A stretch of DNA of 64,000 bases from an uncultured Clostridia bacterium. GTDB lineage: Bacteria > Bacillota > Clostridia > Christensenellales > CAG-917. A program made the translations under genes and the position numbers. Under the pieces are notes generated by a model. That model was not told where the DNA came from. It saw only the letters and a program-made list of their open reading frames with translations, and did not search any database. The DNA lies in assembly GCA_949286725.1 (NCBI GenBank), contig CASECZ010000004.1:23159-87158 (forward strand). The letters run 5' to 3'. Positions 11,585 through 20,935 of the stretch are shown here, one piece after another (within the stretch, counting starts at the first letter, position 1; every line of letters starts with the position of its first letter).

Positions 11585-12214
11585 CTAACCCTTGATGGAA
11601 TTCTTGACGACTACCACTCCACCCTTCGGGCCGGGGATTGCGCCTTTGATGAGCAACAGGTTTCTCGCCTTGTCAACGCGTGCGACGGTAAGGTTTTGGA
11701 CGGTGACCTTCTCGTGACCCCACTGACCGGGCATGTGCTTGTTCTTGAAAACTCTCGAAGGAGAAGAACACGCACCCATGGAACCTACGCCTCTGTGATA
11801 GCCGGAGCCGTGTGCCATAGGTCCTCTGTGCTGGTTCCATCTCTGGATGACACCCGAAAAACCGTGACCTTTGGAAGTGCCGGTGACGTCGACTTTGTCG
11901 CCTTCGGTGAACATGTCGCAGGTCAGTTCCTGTCCGAGCGCGTAGGCTGCACAGTTAGCGAAACGGAGTTCACGAAGATAACGCTTGACGCTGACGCCCG
12001 CCTTCTTGAAGTGGCCGGCAACGGGTTTGTTTACTCTTGTTTCTTTGATGGAGCCGAAACCGACCTGCACGGCGTCGTAACCGTCGTTTTCCGCGGTCTT
12101 GATCTGCACTACGGTGCAGGGACCCGCTTCTACGACCGTGACGGGGATAACCTTGCCGTCAGCCGTGAAAATCTGGCTCATTCCGAGTTTTTTTCCGATG
12201 ATTGCTTTATCCAT
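11585..12214 (-). CDS. rplC: 50S ribosomal protein L3
   Basis: 209 aa, ...[28 protein letters not shown]... Confidence 0.95.
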   Translation of the reverse strand: MDKAIIGKKLGMSQIFTADGKVIPVTVVEAGPCTVVQIKTAENDGYDAVQVGFGSIKETRVNKPVAGHFKKAGVSVKRYLRELRFANCAAYALGQELTCDMFTEGDKVDVTGTSKGHGFSGVIQRWNQHRGPMAHGSGYHRGVGSMGACSSPSRVFKNKHMPGQWGHEKVTVQNLTVARVDKARNLLLIKGAIPGPKGGVVVVKNSIKG

Positions 12215-12242
12215 GTAAAGTTCATCCTCCTTTTATTTTCCG

Positions 12243-12551
12243 TCAGAGTTTGATGGAAATATCGACACCGGCAGGAAGGTCGAGCTTCATGAGAGAGTCA
12301 ACCGTCTTGGAGGTGGGATTGAATATATCTATCAAACGCTTGTGAGTTCTGAGTTCGAATTGCTCGCGGCTGTCCTTGTACTTGTGAGTGGCGCGCAGAA
12401 TGGTGACGATTTCCTTCTCGGTGGGGAGAGGGATGGGACCGGAAACCTTCGTGCCCGTCTTCTTCACGGTTTCGACTATTTTCTCTGCCGAAAGGTCGAT
12501 GAGATTGTGGTCGTACGCTTTGAGTTTAATTCTGATTTTTTGACCAGCCAT
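12243..12551 (-). CDS. rpsJ: 30S ribosomal protein S10
   Basis: 102 aa, [26 protein letters not shown]...; first gene of the operon; RBS AGGAGG. Confidence 0.95.
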   Translation of the reverse strand: MAGQKIRIKLKAYDHNLIDLSAEKIVETVKKTGTKVSGPIPLPTEKEIVTILRATHKYKDSREQFELRTHKRLIDIFNPTSKTVDSLMKLDLPAGVDISIKL

Positions 12552-12655
12552 TATATAAGCCTCCTGAATATAAACACTTGTCCGTGTGTGTCTTATATTT
12601 TTTTTCCGCCGAAAAGACGGCGAAAAACACGTGCCTGCGGGGGCACAGCGTGACT

Positions 12656-12684
12656 ATGATATAATTTTGAAAAACCTTTGTCAA
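12656..12684 (-). promoter_or_regulatory. sigma-70-like promoter of the S10 operon (TTGACA-17-TATCAT), with an AT-rich UP-like tract at 12685..12775
   Basis: On the minus strand the -35 TTGACA is at 12679..12684 and the -10 TATCAT at 12656..12661, with a 17-nt spacer. The structured leader to rpsJ is about 100 nt. Confidence 0.6.
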
Positions 12685-12887
12685 GCAAAATTTACACGAT
12701 TTTCCGCGGATTTTGTAATATTGTATTAAAATAATTTTTCCAAACTACATATTGTATATATTATATACGCGCACACAACGTGTTTGCCCCGTTTCCCGAC
12801 AGTGCCGAGACACGCTACCGAGATGCGCGACCGCGTACTCTCGCACCCTCCCGCTCCCGCGCAACCGCATGTCGGCGAAGATCGGTA

Positions 12888-12917
12888 TTGACACTTTTCG
12901 ACGGTTTTTGATAAAAT
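12888..12917 (+). promoter_or_regulatory. sigma-70-like promoter of the MFS gene (TTGACA-18-TAAAAT with TGn extended -10)
   Basis: -35 TTGACA at 12888..12893; TG at 12909..12910 followed by TAAAAT at 12912..12917; RBS GGGGGA at about 12928; ATG at 12941. Confidence 0.55.
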
Positions 12918-12940
12918 GGTCGCGTTAGGGGGAATTCGTT

Positions 12941-14446
12941 ATGTCGGTTTCTGCGGATGCAAAGGTCAAAACCACGCCGCTGGGCGGCAAAGTCTGGTTC
13001 TGCGCGCTTTTCTTCGGACTCATCGGTCAGATTGCCTGGATTGTCGAAAATATGTATTTTGCCAAGTTCATGCAGGATGAGTTCGTGGACGAGGCGTGGG
13101 CGACGACGCTTATGGTCGCGCTGTCTGCAATTGCGGCAACAGCCGCAACCGTGGTTACGGGTGCGATATGCGACAAAACGGGCAAACGCGCCTCGTTCGT
13201 TTCGTGGGGGTTCATCGTATGGGGGCTCACCATAATGGTGTTCGCGCTCTTTCCCATCGACTACTCTCCCGAGCAACTCAACGGGCTGGTGGCGGGCATC
13301 GTCATTATGGACTGCGTGATGTCCTGGGTGGGGTCCTCCGCCAACGACGCCGCCTTCAATACGTGGGTCACGGACATGACGGACACGACCAACCGCGGCA
13401 AACTGGACACCATTCTTTCCATGATGCCCGTGTTTGCAATGGTAATCGTTTTCGTCGGGCTCGACAGCCTGACCGCGAAGGGCACGGAAAACTGGTGGCT
13501 GTTCTTCGTCATTCTGGGTGCCGTTCCCATCGTAAGCGGCATACTGGGACTGTTTGTCCTGCGCGACAAACCCGATATTCCCAAAAACCCCAACCCGCAC
13601 TTTGCCAAAGACCTCATATACGGTTTTCGTCCTTCCGTCATCAAAAAGAACAAGATGATTTACATCGCACTTGCGGGCTCGGGCATTGCGGGCGCAAGCA
13701 TGCAGGTGTATATGTCCTATCTCATCAACTTCGTCGAGCGCACCCTGGGCATGAGGGACTATGTCGTGCCGCTCGGCGTGATAATCGTGTGCGCGGCGGC
13801 GATTGCGGGATTGCTCGGGTTTCTGATGGACAAATTCGGCAAATTCCATTTCTACATTCCCATCGTCATACTGAGCGTGCTCGGCACACTCTCGATATAT
13901 CTGCTCAAATTCGTGCCCGCAAGCGCCATACTCGGCATACTCATAGTGGTCGGCATAGTGACGATGGCGTCCGAACTCAGCATAAGCGGGCTGTTCGTGT
14001 CCTCCTTCCGTGACTACATACCCAAAGGCAAAGAGGGTTGTTTCCAGGGCATAAGGATGTTCCTGTTCGTTATGCTGCCGATGATAATCGGACCCGCCAT
14101 AAGCAACGCGATAATCGACAAATACGGCTGGTACACCGCAGACCCGCTCACGGGCGAGGTTATGCTCAACTACCCGTACGAAATGTTCCTGGGCGCGGCG
14201 ATAGTGTCCGTGTTCACCATAATCCCCGCAATCATCGTCATGCGCAAGGAACCCGAACTGCGCGCACGGCTGATTGCCGAACGCGACGCCGCAAACGCGA
14301 CCGAAACAGGCGACAGCACCGACGATGTTTCGGACTTCGTGACAGACCAACCCGAGAACGCGAAGGAGATCGCCGTCGACATTGCCCCCGAAAGCGACAA
14401 CGTCGCCCAAACGGCGGACACCCCGACCGACGACGACAAGGCGTGA
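12941..14446 (+). CDS. MFS-type transporter (about 12 predicted TM segments) with a roughly 60-aa acidic C-terminal tail
   Basis: 501 aa made of hydrophobic helices (WFCALFFGLIGQIAWIVENMYF..., FVILGAVPIVSGILGLFVL..., etc.). The tail is ERDAANATETGDSTDDVSDFVTDQPENAKE...DDDKA. The antisense 546-aa ORF is His/Arg/Gly-rich noise. Confidence 0.8.
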   Translation: MSVSADAKVKTTPLGGKVWFCALFFGLIGQIAWIVENMYFAKFMQDEFVDEAWATTLMVALSAIAATAATVVTGAICDKTGKRASFVSWGFIVWGLTIMVFALFPIDYSPEQLNGLVAGIVIMDCVMSWVGSSANDAAFNTWVTDMTDTTNRGKLDTILSMMPVFAMVIVFVGLDSLTAKGTENWWLFFVILGAVPIVSGILGLFVLRDKPDIPKNPNPHFAKDLIYGFRPSVIKKNKMIYIALAGSGIAGASMQVYMSYLINFVERTLGMRDYVVPLGVIIVCAAAIAGLLGFLMDKFGKFHFYIPIVILSVLGTLSIYLLKFVPASAILGILIVVGIVTMASELSISGLFVSSFRDYIPKGKEGCFQGIRMFLFVMLPMIIGPAISNAIIDKYGWYTADPLTGEVMLNYPYEMFLGAAIVSVFTIIPAIIVMRKEPELRARLIAERDAANATETGDSTDDVSDFVTDQPENAKEIAVDIAPESDNVAQTADTPTDDDKA

Positions 14447-14499
14447 AGGCAACACGTTGGCAATGCAATCCTTTTAATAGATAACGAAAAGGAATAACG

Positions 14500-14531
14500 A
14501 AAAGCGGCGGCTCAACGAGCCGCCGCTTTTC
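14500..14531. terminator. bidirectional rho-independent terminator (MFS gene / hisIE)
   Basis: 10-bp GC stem gcggcggctc/gagccgccgc (14504..14513 and 14518..14527), loop aacg, flanked by an A-run and a T-run. Confidence 0.8.
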
Positions 14532-14552
14532 TCATCCTCCCCAATCAAACGA

Positions 14553-15200
14553 CTATTTCATCCTCTCCTGCTTGACTTTTTTGTCCACGACATGACGTTT
14601 TTCGAGTTCCGCCGTTATGTCGCGGGGCGTAATGCCCATCTCCACCATGAGCACCATGACGTGATATGCAAGGTCGGCAATCTCGAACACGGTTTCCTCT
14701 TTGCTGCCGCCTTTGCCCGCGACGATGACTTCGGTGCTCTCCTCGCCTACTTTTTTCAGAATTTTGTCCATGCCCTTTTCAAAGAGATACGTGGTGTACG
14801 ACCCGTCCTTTGGGTCGGTCTTTCTCCCTTCGATGAGGTTGTACAACGCCTCGTACGAGAACTGCTTGTACCCTTCCGAAATCCAGACGGGATTGTGGAA
14901 ACAACTTTCCTCGCCCGTATGACAGGCGGGTCCGTCCTTGACGACTTCGACGACGAGCGCGTCGTAATCGCAGTCTGCGGTGATGGCGACGATGTGCTGA
15001 TAATTGCCGCTCGTTTCGCCTTTCAGCCACAGCTGTTTGCGTGAACGGCTGTAAAAACAGGTCAGCCCTTTTTCTATGCTGATGTTCAGACTTTCGCGGT
15101 TCATATACGCAAGCGTCAGCACCTCTTTGGTGTAGTGGTCCACCACTACCGCGGGTATCAATCCTTTATCGTCGAATTTAAGTTTGTCAACCGAAACCAT
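14553..15200 (-). CDS. hisIE: bifunctional phosphoribosyl-AMP cyclohydrolase / phosphoribosyl-ATP pyrophosphatase
   Basis: 215 aa. N-terminal HisI motifs (...[19 protein letters not shown]...CHTGEESCF) and a C-terminal HisE helix bundle (...[22 protein letters not shown]...). Last gene of the his operon. Confidence 0.92.
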   Translation of the reverse strand: MVSVDKLKFDDKGLIPAVVVDHYTKEVLTLAYMNRESLNISIEKGLTCFYSRSRKQLWLKGETSGNYQHIVAITADCDYDALVVEVVKDGPACHTGEESCFHNPVWISEGYKQFSYEALYNLIEGRKTDPKDGSYTTYLFEKGMDKILKKVGEESTEVIVAGKGGSKEETVFEIADLAYHVMVLMVEMGITPRDITAELEKRHVVDKKVKQERMK

Positions 15201-15261
15201 ATTTTATCTCCCGATTTTGATTTTTCAAGTTATTGTTTTGTGATTTATCCTCGTGCGAGTT

Positions 15262-16020
15262 TCACAGACGCACGGGTACTCCGTTTGCGGCAAGCAGGTT
15301 TTTCAAGTCGCGGATGTCCACCTTCTTGAAGTGGAAAATTCCCGCCGCAAGTCCCGCGTCCACGCCGCGCACTTCGTCGAACAGTCTGACGAAATCCTCC
15401 GCGCAACCAGCGCCGCCCGACGCGATTACGGGTATCTTCACCCTGTCGCACACGGCGGACAACATTTCGATGTCGAAGCCGTCGCGCACGCCGTCGGTGT
15501 CTATGCTGTTGAGCACGATTTCCCCCGCGCCCTCTTCCTGTCCGCGGTACGCCCACTCCACGGCGTCTATGCCCGTGGGCACTCTGCCGCCTTTCGCGAA
15601 CACTTCGAATTTGCCGTCAACGCGCTTGGCGTCTATGGACAGCACCACGCACTGATTGCCGTATTTCTTCGCCGCTTCGCCCACAAGGTCGGGGTTTGCA
15701 ATCGCCCCCGAATTCACGCTCACTTTGTCCGCTCCGCATTTCAGCACGCGGTCGAAATCGTCTATGCCGTTTATGCCACCGCCCACGGTCAGAGGTATGA
15801 ACACCTCGGACGCCACGGCGACCAGCGTGTCCGCAAACAGTTTGCGTCCCGCATACGACGCCGTTATGTCGTAAAACACCAGTTCGTCCGCGCCCGACAT
15901 GTTGTAAAACCTTGCCAGTTCCACGGGGTCCGCCACGTCCTGCAATCCTTCGAACTTCGTGCCTTTCACCACTCTGCCGTCCTTGACGTCCAGGCAAGGG
16001 ATAATTCTTTTTGCGAGCAT
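15262..16020 (-). CDS. hisF: imidazole glycerol phosphate synthase, cyclase subunit
   Basis: 252 aa, MLAKRIIPCLDVKDGRVVKG... Confidence 0.95.
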   Translation of the reverse strand: MLAKRIIPCLDVKDGRVVKGTKFEGLQDVADPVELARFYNMSGADELVFYDITASYAGRKLFADTLVAVASEVFIPLTVGGGINGIDDFDRVLKCGADKVSVNSGAIANPDLVGEAAKKYGNQCVVLSIDAKRVDGKFEVFAKGGRVPTGIDAVEWAYRGQEEGAGEIVLNSIDTDGVRDGFDIEMLSAVCDRVKIPVIASGGAGCAEDFVRLFDEVRGVDAGLAAGIFHFKKVDIRDLKNLLAANGVPVRL

Positions 16021-16740
16021 TCAGTCCTCCTTTGCCGCCGCAAGCGCGTCGGCCAGCGTCAGCGCACCCGCATACATGGCTTTGCCGAGTATGGCACCGT
16101 ATATGCCCATCTTCCGCAGCGTCACGATTTCGTCCGCGCGGGTAATTCCGCCCGACGCCACGATTTTCAGACCGTCTATGCGCGACAGTTTCTCGTACGC
16201 GTCGATGTTGGTGCCGCCGAGAGTGCCGTCGCGGGAGATGTCCGTGAATATCACGCAGTCCACGCCCGCGTTGCGCAGTTGCGCGCAAAACGCGTATGCG
16301 TCCTTGTCCGTCAAGGTCTTCCAGCCGTGTATTGCCACTTTGCCGTCCTTTGCGTCCACGCCGACGGCTATCTTGTCGCCGAAACGGCGCACCGCCGAAA
16401 TGACGAACTCGGGATTTTCGACCGCGACCGTGCCCAGTATCACTCTGCCCGCGCCCGCGCCGATATACTCTTCTATGCGTCTTTCGTCGCGTATGCCGCC
16501 GCCCACTTCGAGGAGCATATCCAGTTCGGACGCCACGCGCGAAATAAAACGGAAGTTGACGGGCGTCCCTTTCAGCGCACCGTCCAGGTCAACCATATGG
16601 ATGCACTCGGCACCCGTTTCCCTGAAACTCCGCGCCGTGGCGAAGGGGTCGTCGCCGTACACCGTCATTCTGTCGTAGTCGCCCTCGGTCAGGCGCACCA
16701 CTTTACCGTCGCGCAAATCTATTGCGGGAAACAACTTCAT
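16021..16740 (-). CDS. hisA: ProFAR isomerase (1-(5-phosphoribosyl)-5-[(5-phosphoribosylamino)methylideneamino]imidazole-4-carboxamide isomerase)
   Basis: Track ORF 16021..16758 trimmed to MKLFPAIDLRDGKVVRL (ATG 16740). Its ATGA start overlaps the hisH stop. Confidence 0.93.
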   Translation of the reverse strand: MKLFPAIDLRDGKVVRLTEGDYDRMTVYGDDPFATARSFRETGAECIHMVDLDGALKGTPVNFRFISRVASELDMLLEVGGGIRDERRIEEYIGAGAGRVILGTVAVENPEFVISAVRRFGDKIAVGVDAKDGKVAIHGWKTLTDKDAYAFCAQLRNAGVDCVIFTDISRDGTLGGTNIDAYEKLSRIDGLKIVASGGITRADEIVTLRKMGIYGAILGKAMYAGALTLADALAAAKED

Positions 16741-17357
16741 TTCGCGCCCTCCTTGCATATATCGGCAAAAGCGCGCAGAATGTCAAGACCGGTTTCGCCG
16801 CTCTTTTCGGGGTGGAACTGCGTTCCGTACACATTCCCGCGAGCCACAACGCCCGTCACGGACACTCCGTAGTCGCTGACGGCAACCGTATCTTCGGCGC
16901 AACCCGTCGCGTAATAGGAATGCACGTAATACACGAAGTCGCCTTCGTTTATCCGCGCAAGCAAGGGGCACGGTTTGAGAATGTGCAGCGAATTCCAGCC
17001 CATATGCGGCACTTTCATATCCGCGGGCAAGTCGAAAGGCACCACGTCGCCGCGAATCAGCCCCAACCCTTCGTGCTCGCCGTACTCGAAACTGCGGTCG
17101 AACAACATCTGCATTCCGAGGCAGATTCCGAGCAAAGGCTTGCCCGCTTCGACCTGTTCGCGCAATACGGGTTCAAGCCCCGTGGCGCGCAGTTTCGCGC
17201 GGGCGTCCGCAAACGCTCCCACGCCGGGCAGAATTATTCCGTCGGCGGCGCGCAGGTCCTCTGCGTCGCCCGTCACGCGCGCCTCGGCTCCGATATATCT
17301 CAGCGAGCAAGTCAGCGAAAACAGATTGCCCACTCCGTAATCTACAACGGCTATCAT
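16737..17357 (-). CDS. hisH: imidazole glycerol phosphate synthase, glutamine amidotransferase subunit
   Basis: Track ORF 16737..17426 trimmed to MIAVVDYGVGNLFSL (ATG 17357). The catalytic GICLGMQ motif is present. The upstream extension overlaps hisB. Confidence 0.93.
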   Translation of the reverse strand: MIAVVDYGVGNLFSLTCSLRYIGAEARVTGDAEDLRAADGIILPGVGAFADARAKLRATGLEPVLREQVEAGKPLLGICLGMQMLFDRSFEYGEHEGLGLIRGDVVPFDLPADMKVPHMGWNSLHILKPCPLLARINEGDFVYYVHSYYATGCAEDTVAVSDYGVSVTGVVARGNVYGTQFHPEKSGETGLDILRAFADICKEGAK

Positions 17358-17358
17358 A

Positions 17359-17949
17359 TCACAGAATTCCTTTCGTGCTGGGCAGTCTGTCGGCGTTCTT
17401 CGCGTCCACCGAGCACGCCTCGGCAACCGCTCTGCCGAACGCCTTGAACACCGCCTCGACGATGTGGTGCACGTTCGTGCCGTACAGTTTCTTTATGTGC
17501 AAAGTCACCTCGGCGGCACGCGCAAACGCCGCGAAAAACTCGTTTATGAGTTCGGTGTCGAGGTCGCCCACCTTGTATTCGTCGGGGAAAGCGACGTCGA
17601 AGTTGAGATACGTCCTGCCGCTGAAATCCAGCGCGACGAGCACGAGCGCCTCGTCCATGGGCAGAATGACGTCGCCGTAACGGCGTATGCCCTTCTTGTC
17701 GCCGAGTGCTTCGGCAAACGCCTTTCCGAGGCAAATTCCCACGTCCTCGACGGAGTGGTGGAAGTCCACTTCCTTGTCGCCGACGCACACGAGCGACAGG
17801 TCGAACGACCCGTGCTTTGCGAACTGCTCCAACATATGGTCGAAGAAGAAGCTGCCCGACTTGACGTCGTACGCGCCCTTGCCGTCGACGTTGAGCGCAA
17901 GGGTTATGTCCGTTTCGGTCGTTTTTCTCGAAATTTGCGATTTTCTCAT
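17359..17949 (-). CDS. hisB: imidazoleglycerol-phosphate dehydratase
   Basis: 196 aa, ...RKTTETDITLALNVDGKG...HHIVEAVFKAFGRA...; monofunctional, with no phosphatase domain. Confidence 0.93.
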   Translation of the reverse strand: MRKSQISRKTTETDITLALNVDGKGAYDVKSGSFFFDHMLEQFAKHGSFDLSLVCVGDKEVDFHHSVEDVGICLGKAFAEALGDKKGIRRYGDVILPMDEALVLVALDFSGRTYLNFDVAFPDEYKVGDLDTELINEFFAAFARAAEVTLHIKKLYGTNVHHIVEAVFKAFGRAVAEACSVDAKNADRLPSTKGIL

Positions 17950-19046
17950 ATGCCTTTCTCCTTGAAAACCTTTTTGATTGCGGCAATCAACGCCGCCGTC
18001 TGCTCCGCCGAGCCCACGGTTATGCGCACGTACGGCGCAAGTTTCGCGTCCGAAAGAAACCTCACCAGCACGCCTTCTTTTTTGAGCGCGAGATAAAGTT
18101 CCTTTCCGCCTATCGACGGGTACCCCGCAAGCACGAAGTTGGCAAGCGAAGGCGTGACGGAAAAGCCGAGTTCCGTCAGTTCGCCTTTCAGCCTTTCGCG
18201 CTCTTTCGCAACCGCCGCCGTCGTTGAGGCAAAATACTCTTCGTCCCCGATTGCAGCCGCGCCCGCCAGTATGCTCAGGCGGTTGAGGTTGTAGGGGTTG
18301 AAACTGTATTTCATCATATTGAGGTCCCTCACGATTTCGGGGCTCGCCAGCGCGAAACCTACCCTGCCGCCCGCAAGCTGTCGTGACTTGGACATAGTCT
18401 GCACGACGATGAGATTGTCGAACTCGTCAAGCAACCCGACGACGCTCTCCGCACCGAAATCGCAGTATGCCTCGTCGACGACGACAAGTCTGTTCTTATT
18501 TGCGCAAAGCAGCTTTTTTATGTCCGAAACAGGCAGATAAATGCCTGTTTGTGCGTTCGGGTTTGCAATCACGATGTTTTCGGACACATTTGCCAACGCG
18601 TCGACGTCCACACTCAGATCATCACGCACGGGGACGGGATTGGCGGCAATTCCCAGCACCTCGCAGAACACGGGATAGAACCCGTAACCCACTTCGGGGA
18701 ACGCCATGCCCTTGTCTTTGCCGCAAAATGCCTGAAAGATGAAGGACAGCACCTCGTCGGAACCGTTGCCGACGAACACCTGTTCTTTGTCCATTCCTTT
18801 TGCGCCTCGGGCTTGCAACACCCGCGTGAAGTGTTCGGCAATCGCCTCCACCAGCACGTCCGCCGTGGGGTCGGAATACAGGTTGAGTTTTTCCGCCTCT
18901 TCTTTACCGAGTGCGGCAATCACCGCGGGCGACGGAGGAAATGGCGACTCGTTGGTGTTGAGTTTCACGTAACTGCGGTCCTGCGGTTGTTCGCCGGGCA
19001 CGTACGGGTCGAGCGCGGCAAACCTTTCGTCCAGAAATCTGCTCAT
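17946..19046 (-). CDS. hisC: histidinol-phosphate aminotransferase
   Basis: 366 aa, LNTNESPFPPSP...TMSKSRQLAGGRVGFA (PLP-Lys motif). ATGA overlaps link it to both neighbours. Confidence 0.92.
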   Translation of the reverse strand: MSRFLDERFAALDPYVPGEQPQDRSYVKLNTNESPFPPSPAVIAALGKEEAEKLNLYSDPTADVLVEAIAEHFTRVLQARGAKGMDKEQVFVGNGSDEVLSFIFQAFCGKDKGMAFPEVGYGFYPVFCEVLGIAANPVPVRDDLSVDVDALANVSENIVIANPNAQTGIYLPVSDIKKLLCANKNRLVVVDEAYCDFGAESVVGLLDEFDNLIVVQTMSKSRQLAGGRVGFALASPEIVRDLNMMKYSFNPYNLNRLSILAGAAAIGDEEYFASTTAAVAKERERLKGELTELGFSVTPSLANFVLAGYPSIGGKELYLALKKEGVLVRFLSDAKLAPYVRITVGSAEQTAALIAAIKKVFKEKGI

Positions 19047-20317
19047 TTTCTTCTCGCCTCCGCTGACCTTGCGTGCGCTTGCAGCCCTTCGCTTTCCGCA
19101 AACGTCACTATATCGTTTATTGCGCCGTCGAACCCTTCGGCGGTGTAATAAATATATGAGGATTTCTTGACGAAATCGTCCACCGAAAGGGGCGACGAGA
19201 ACTTCGCACTCCCGCCCGTGGGCAGGGTGTGATTGGGTCCCGCATAGTAGTCACCCGCCGCTTCGGGAGTGTTGTAACCCAGAAATATCGACCCCGCATT
19301 GCGTATCTTTTTCAAGAGGTCGAAAGGATTTTTCACGCAGAGTTCGAGGTGCTCGGGTGCGATTGCGTTGGAGATTTCCACCGCCTGTCCGAGGCTCTCC
19401 GCGATTATGATTTTGCCACAGTTGTCGACGGACGCCCGTGCGATTTCCCTGCGCGGCAAATCGGCAAGGCGCACTTCTATGCGCTCGGCAACCTTCTTTG
19501 CCAGTTCTTCGTCGGCGGTGACAAGCACGGCACTTGCGAGTTTGTCGTGTTCTGCCTGCGACAGCAGGTCGGCGGCAACCGTATCGGCGTCCGCGCCCTC
19601 GTCTGCAATCACGAGGATTTCGCTCGGTCCTGCGACCATGTCGATGCCCACGGTGCCGAACACCTGCTTTTTGGCAAGTGCCACGAATATGTTGCCGGGA
19701 CCCGTTATCTTGTCGACGGCAGGAACGCTCTCCGTCCCGAAGGCAAGCGCGGCAATCGCACCCGCTCCGCCGATTTTGAAAATTCTGTCCACGCCGGCTA
19801 TGCGTGCCGCCGCCAGGATTTCGTCGCGCACGCGTCCCTCTTTGTCGGGGGGCGTCGCCATAACGATTTCGTCCACGCCCGCCACCTTTGCGGGAACGGC
19901 GTTCATCAGCACCGTGCTGGGATAACTCGCCGTGCCGCCCGGTACGTATATTCCGACACGGGCAAGCGGAGCGTATTTCTGCCCCAGCACCGTGCCGTCG
20001 GCGCGCTTGATTTCGAACCCGTCGTGCAACTGCATTTTGTGAAATTCGACAATGTTCGCCGCCGCGCGTTGAAGCATTGCCTTGTAGTCTTCCGACACGC
20101 GCTCCCACGCGGAATTCTTCTCTTCTTCGGTCACTTCCAGAGCGTCGAGGGTCACGCCGTCGAATTTTTTCGCAAAACGGAAAAGCGCCGCGTCGCCGTC
20201 CGCTCTCACCTCCGCGATTATGCCTTTGACCGTGTTTTCGTACTCACCGTAATCTTCGATTTTGCGGTTGAGCACGTCGTCGACGGTTATGTCTTTCATT
20301 TTGAGAATCTTAATCAT
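19043..20317 (-). CDS. hisD: histidinol dehydrogenase
   Basis: Track ORF 19043..20662 (539 aa) trimmed to MIKILKMKDITVDD... (ATG 20317; ATGA overlap with the hisG stop). Motifs ...VPGGTASYPSTVLM...QAEHD... are present. The 115-aa Arg-rich extension overlaps hisG. Confidence 0.92.
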   Translation of the reverse strand: MIKILKMKDITVDDVLNRKIEDYGEYENTVKGIIAEVRADGDAALFRFAKKFDGVTLDALEVTEEEKNSAWERVSEDYKAMLQRAAANIVEFHKMQLHDGFEIKRADGTVLGQKYAPLARVGIYVPGGTASYPSTVLMNAVPAKVAGVDEIVMATPPDKEGRVRDEILAAARIAGVDRIFKIGGAGAIAALAFGTESVPAVDKITGPGNIFVALAKKQVFGTVGIDMVAGPSEILVIADEGADADTVAADLLSQAEHDKLASAVLVTADEELAKKVAERIEVRLADLPRREIARASVDNCGKIIIAESLGQAVEISNAIAPEHLELCVKNPFDLLKKIRNAGSIFLGYNTPEAAGDYYAGPNHTLPTGGSAKFSSPLSVDDFVKKSSYIYYTAEGFDGAINDIVTFAESEGLQAHARSAEARRK

Positions 20318-20934
20318 TGTTTCACCTCGCCGAGTTTGCGGACGATATCGTTGATTTCCTTTTCCTTGAACTTGTACGACGTCTTGTTGGCAATCAGCCT
20401 TGCGCTGACGGGGAAAATCTCCTCGGTGACTTTCAGATGGTTTTCTTTGAGCGTCGTCCCCGTCTCCACTATGTCGACGATGACGTCGGACATATTGAGC
20501 AAGGGTGCGAGTTCTATCGACCCATAGAGTTTGATGACGTCGATTTCGCGGTTGGTGCTCATATAGTACCTGCGCGCGATGTTGGGGAATTTCGTCGCGA
20601 CGACGACGGGACGCCCCGTATCCTCGACATAATTCTCCTTCGCCGCCACGCACATTCTGCATTTGCCGATGCCGAGGTCCAGAAGTTCGTATACGTCGGC
20701 GCCGCTTTCGAGCAGGATATCCTTGCCCACCACGCCTATGTCAGCCGCGCCGTACTCGACGTAAATGGGAACGTCGGACGGCTTGACCAGAAAATATTTC
20801 ACTCCGCTTTCGGCGTTTTCGAACACCAGTTTGCGGCTTTCGTCCATAAGTTCGCTGACGGTATAGCCGCTCTTTTCGAGCAATTTGTATGCCTTGTTAC
20901 CCAGTCTGCCTTTGGGAAGTGCAATGCTTACCAT
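20314..20934 (-). CDS. hisG: ATP phosphoribosyltransferase, short (HisZ-dependent) form
   Basis: Trimmed to MVSIALPKGRLGNKAYKLLE (ATG 20934). At 206 aa it lacks the C-terminal regulatory domain, and it sits next to hisZ. Confidence 0.92.
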   Translation of the reverse strand: MVSIALPKGRLGNKAYKLLEKSGYTVSELMDESRKLVFENAESGVKYFLVKPSDVPIYVEYGAADIGVVGKDILLESGADVYELLDLGIGKCRMCVAAKENYVEDTGRPVVVATKFPNIARRYYMSTNREIDVIKLYGSIELAPLLNMSDVIVDIVETGTTLKENHLKVTEEIFPVSARLIANKTSYKFKEKEINDIVRKLGEVKQ

Positions 20935-20935
20935 A

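Noticed and set aside
12815-14455. 546-aa minus-strand ORF opposite the MFS transporter.
   Set aside because: It is an in-register antisense shadow. The product is His/Arg/Gly/Asp-rich with no hydrophobic core. The plus-strand product has clear TM-helix periodicity, a promoter, an RBS and a terminator.
15253-16872. 539-aa plus-strand ORF, plus other antisense or alternative-frame ORFs across the his operon (e.g. 15617..16288, 19251..20108, 19229..20527, 20885..21859).
   Set aside because: They overlap well-recognised hisF/hisA/hisD/hisG/hisZ coding frames. Their composition is Arg/His/Ala-rich, typical of off-frame GC-rich translation.
19043-20662. N-terminal extensions of track ORFs (hisD 539 aa, hisG 226 aa, hisH 229 aa, tatD 284 aa, rsmA 335 aa, AEC 370 aa, TrpR-like 224 aa, L36 185 aa, KOW 128 aa).
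   Set aside because: The extensions overlap the upstream gene, are Arg-rich, and precede internal ATGs that reproduce canonical N-termini with RBSs or ATGA stop/start coupling. The genes were trimmed accordingly.
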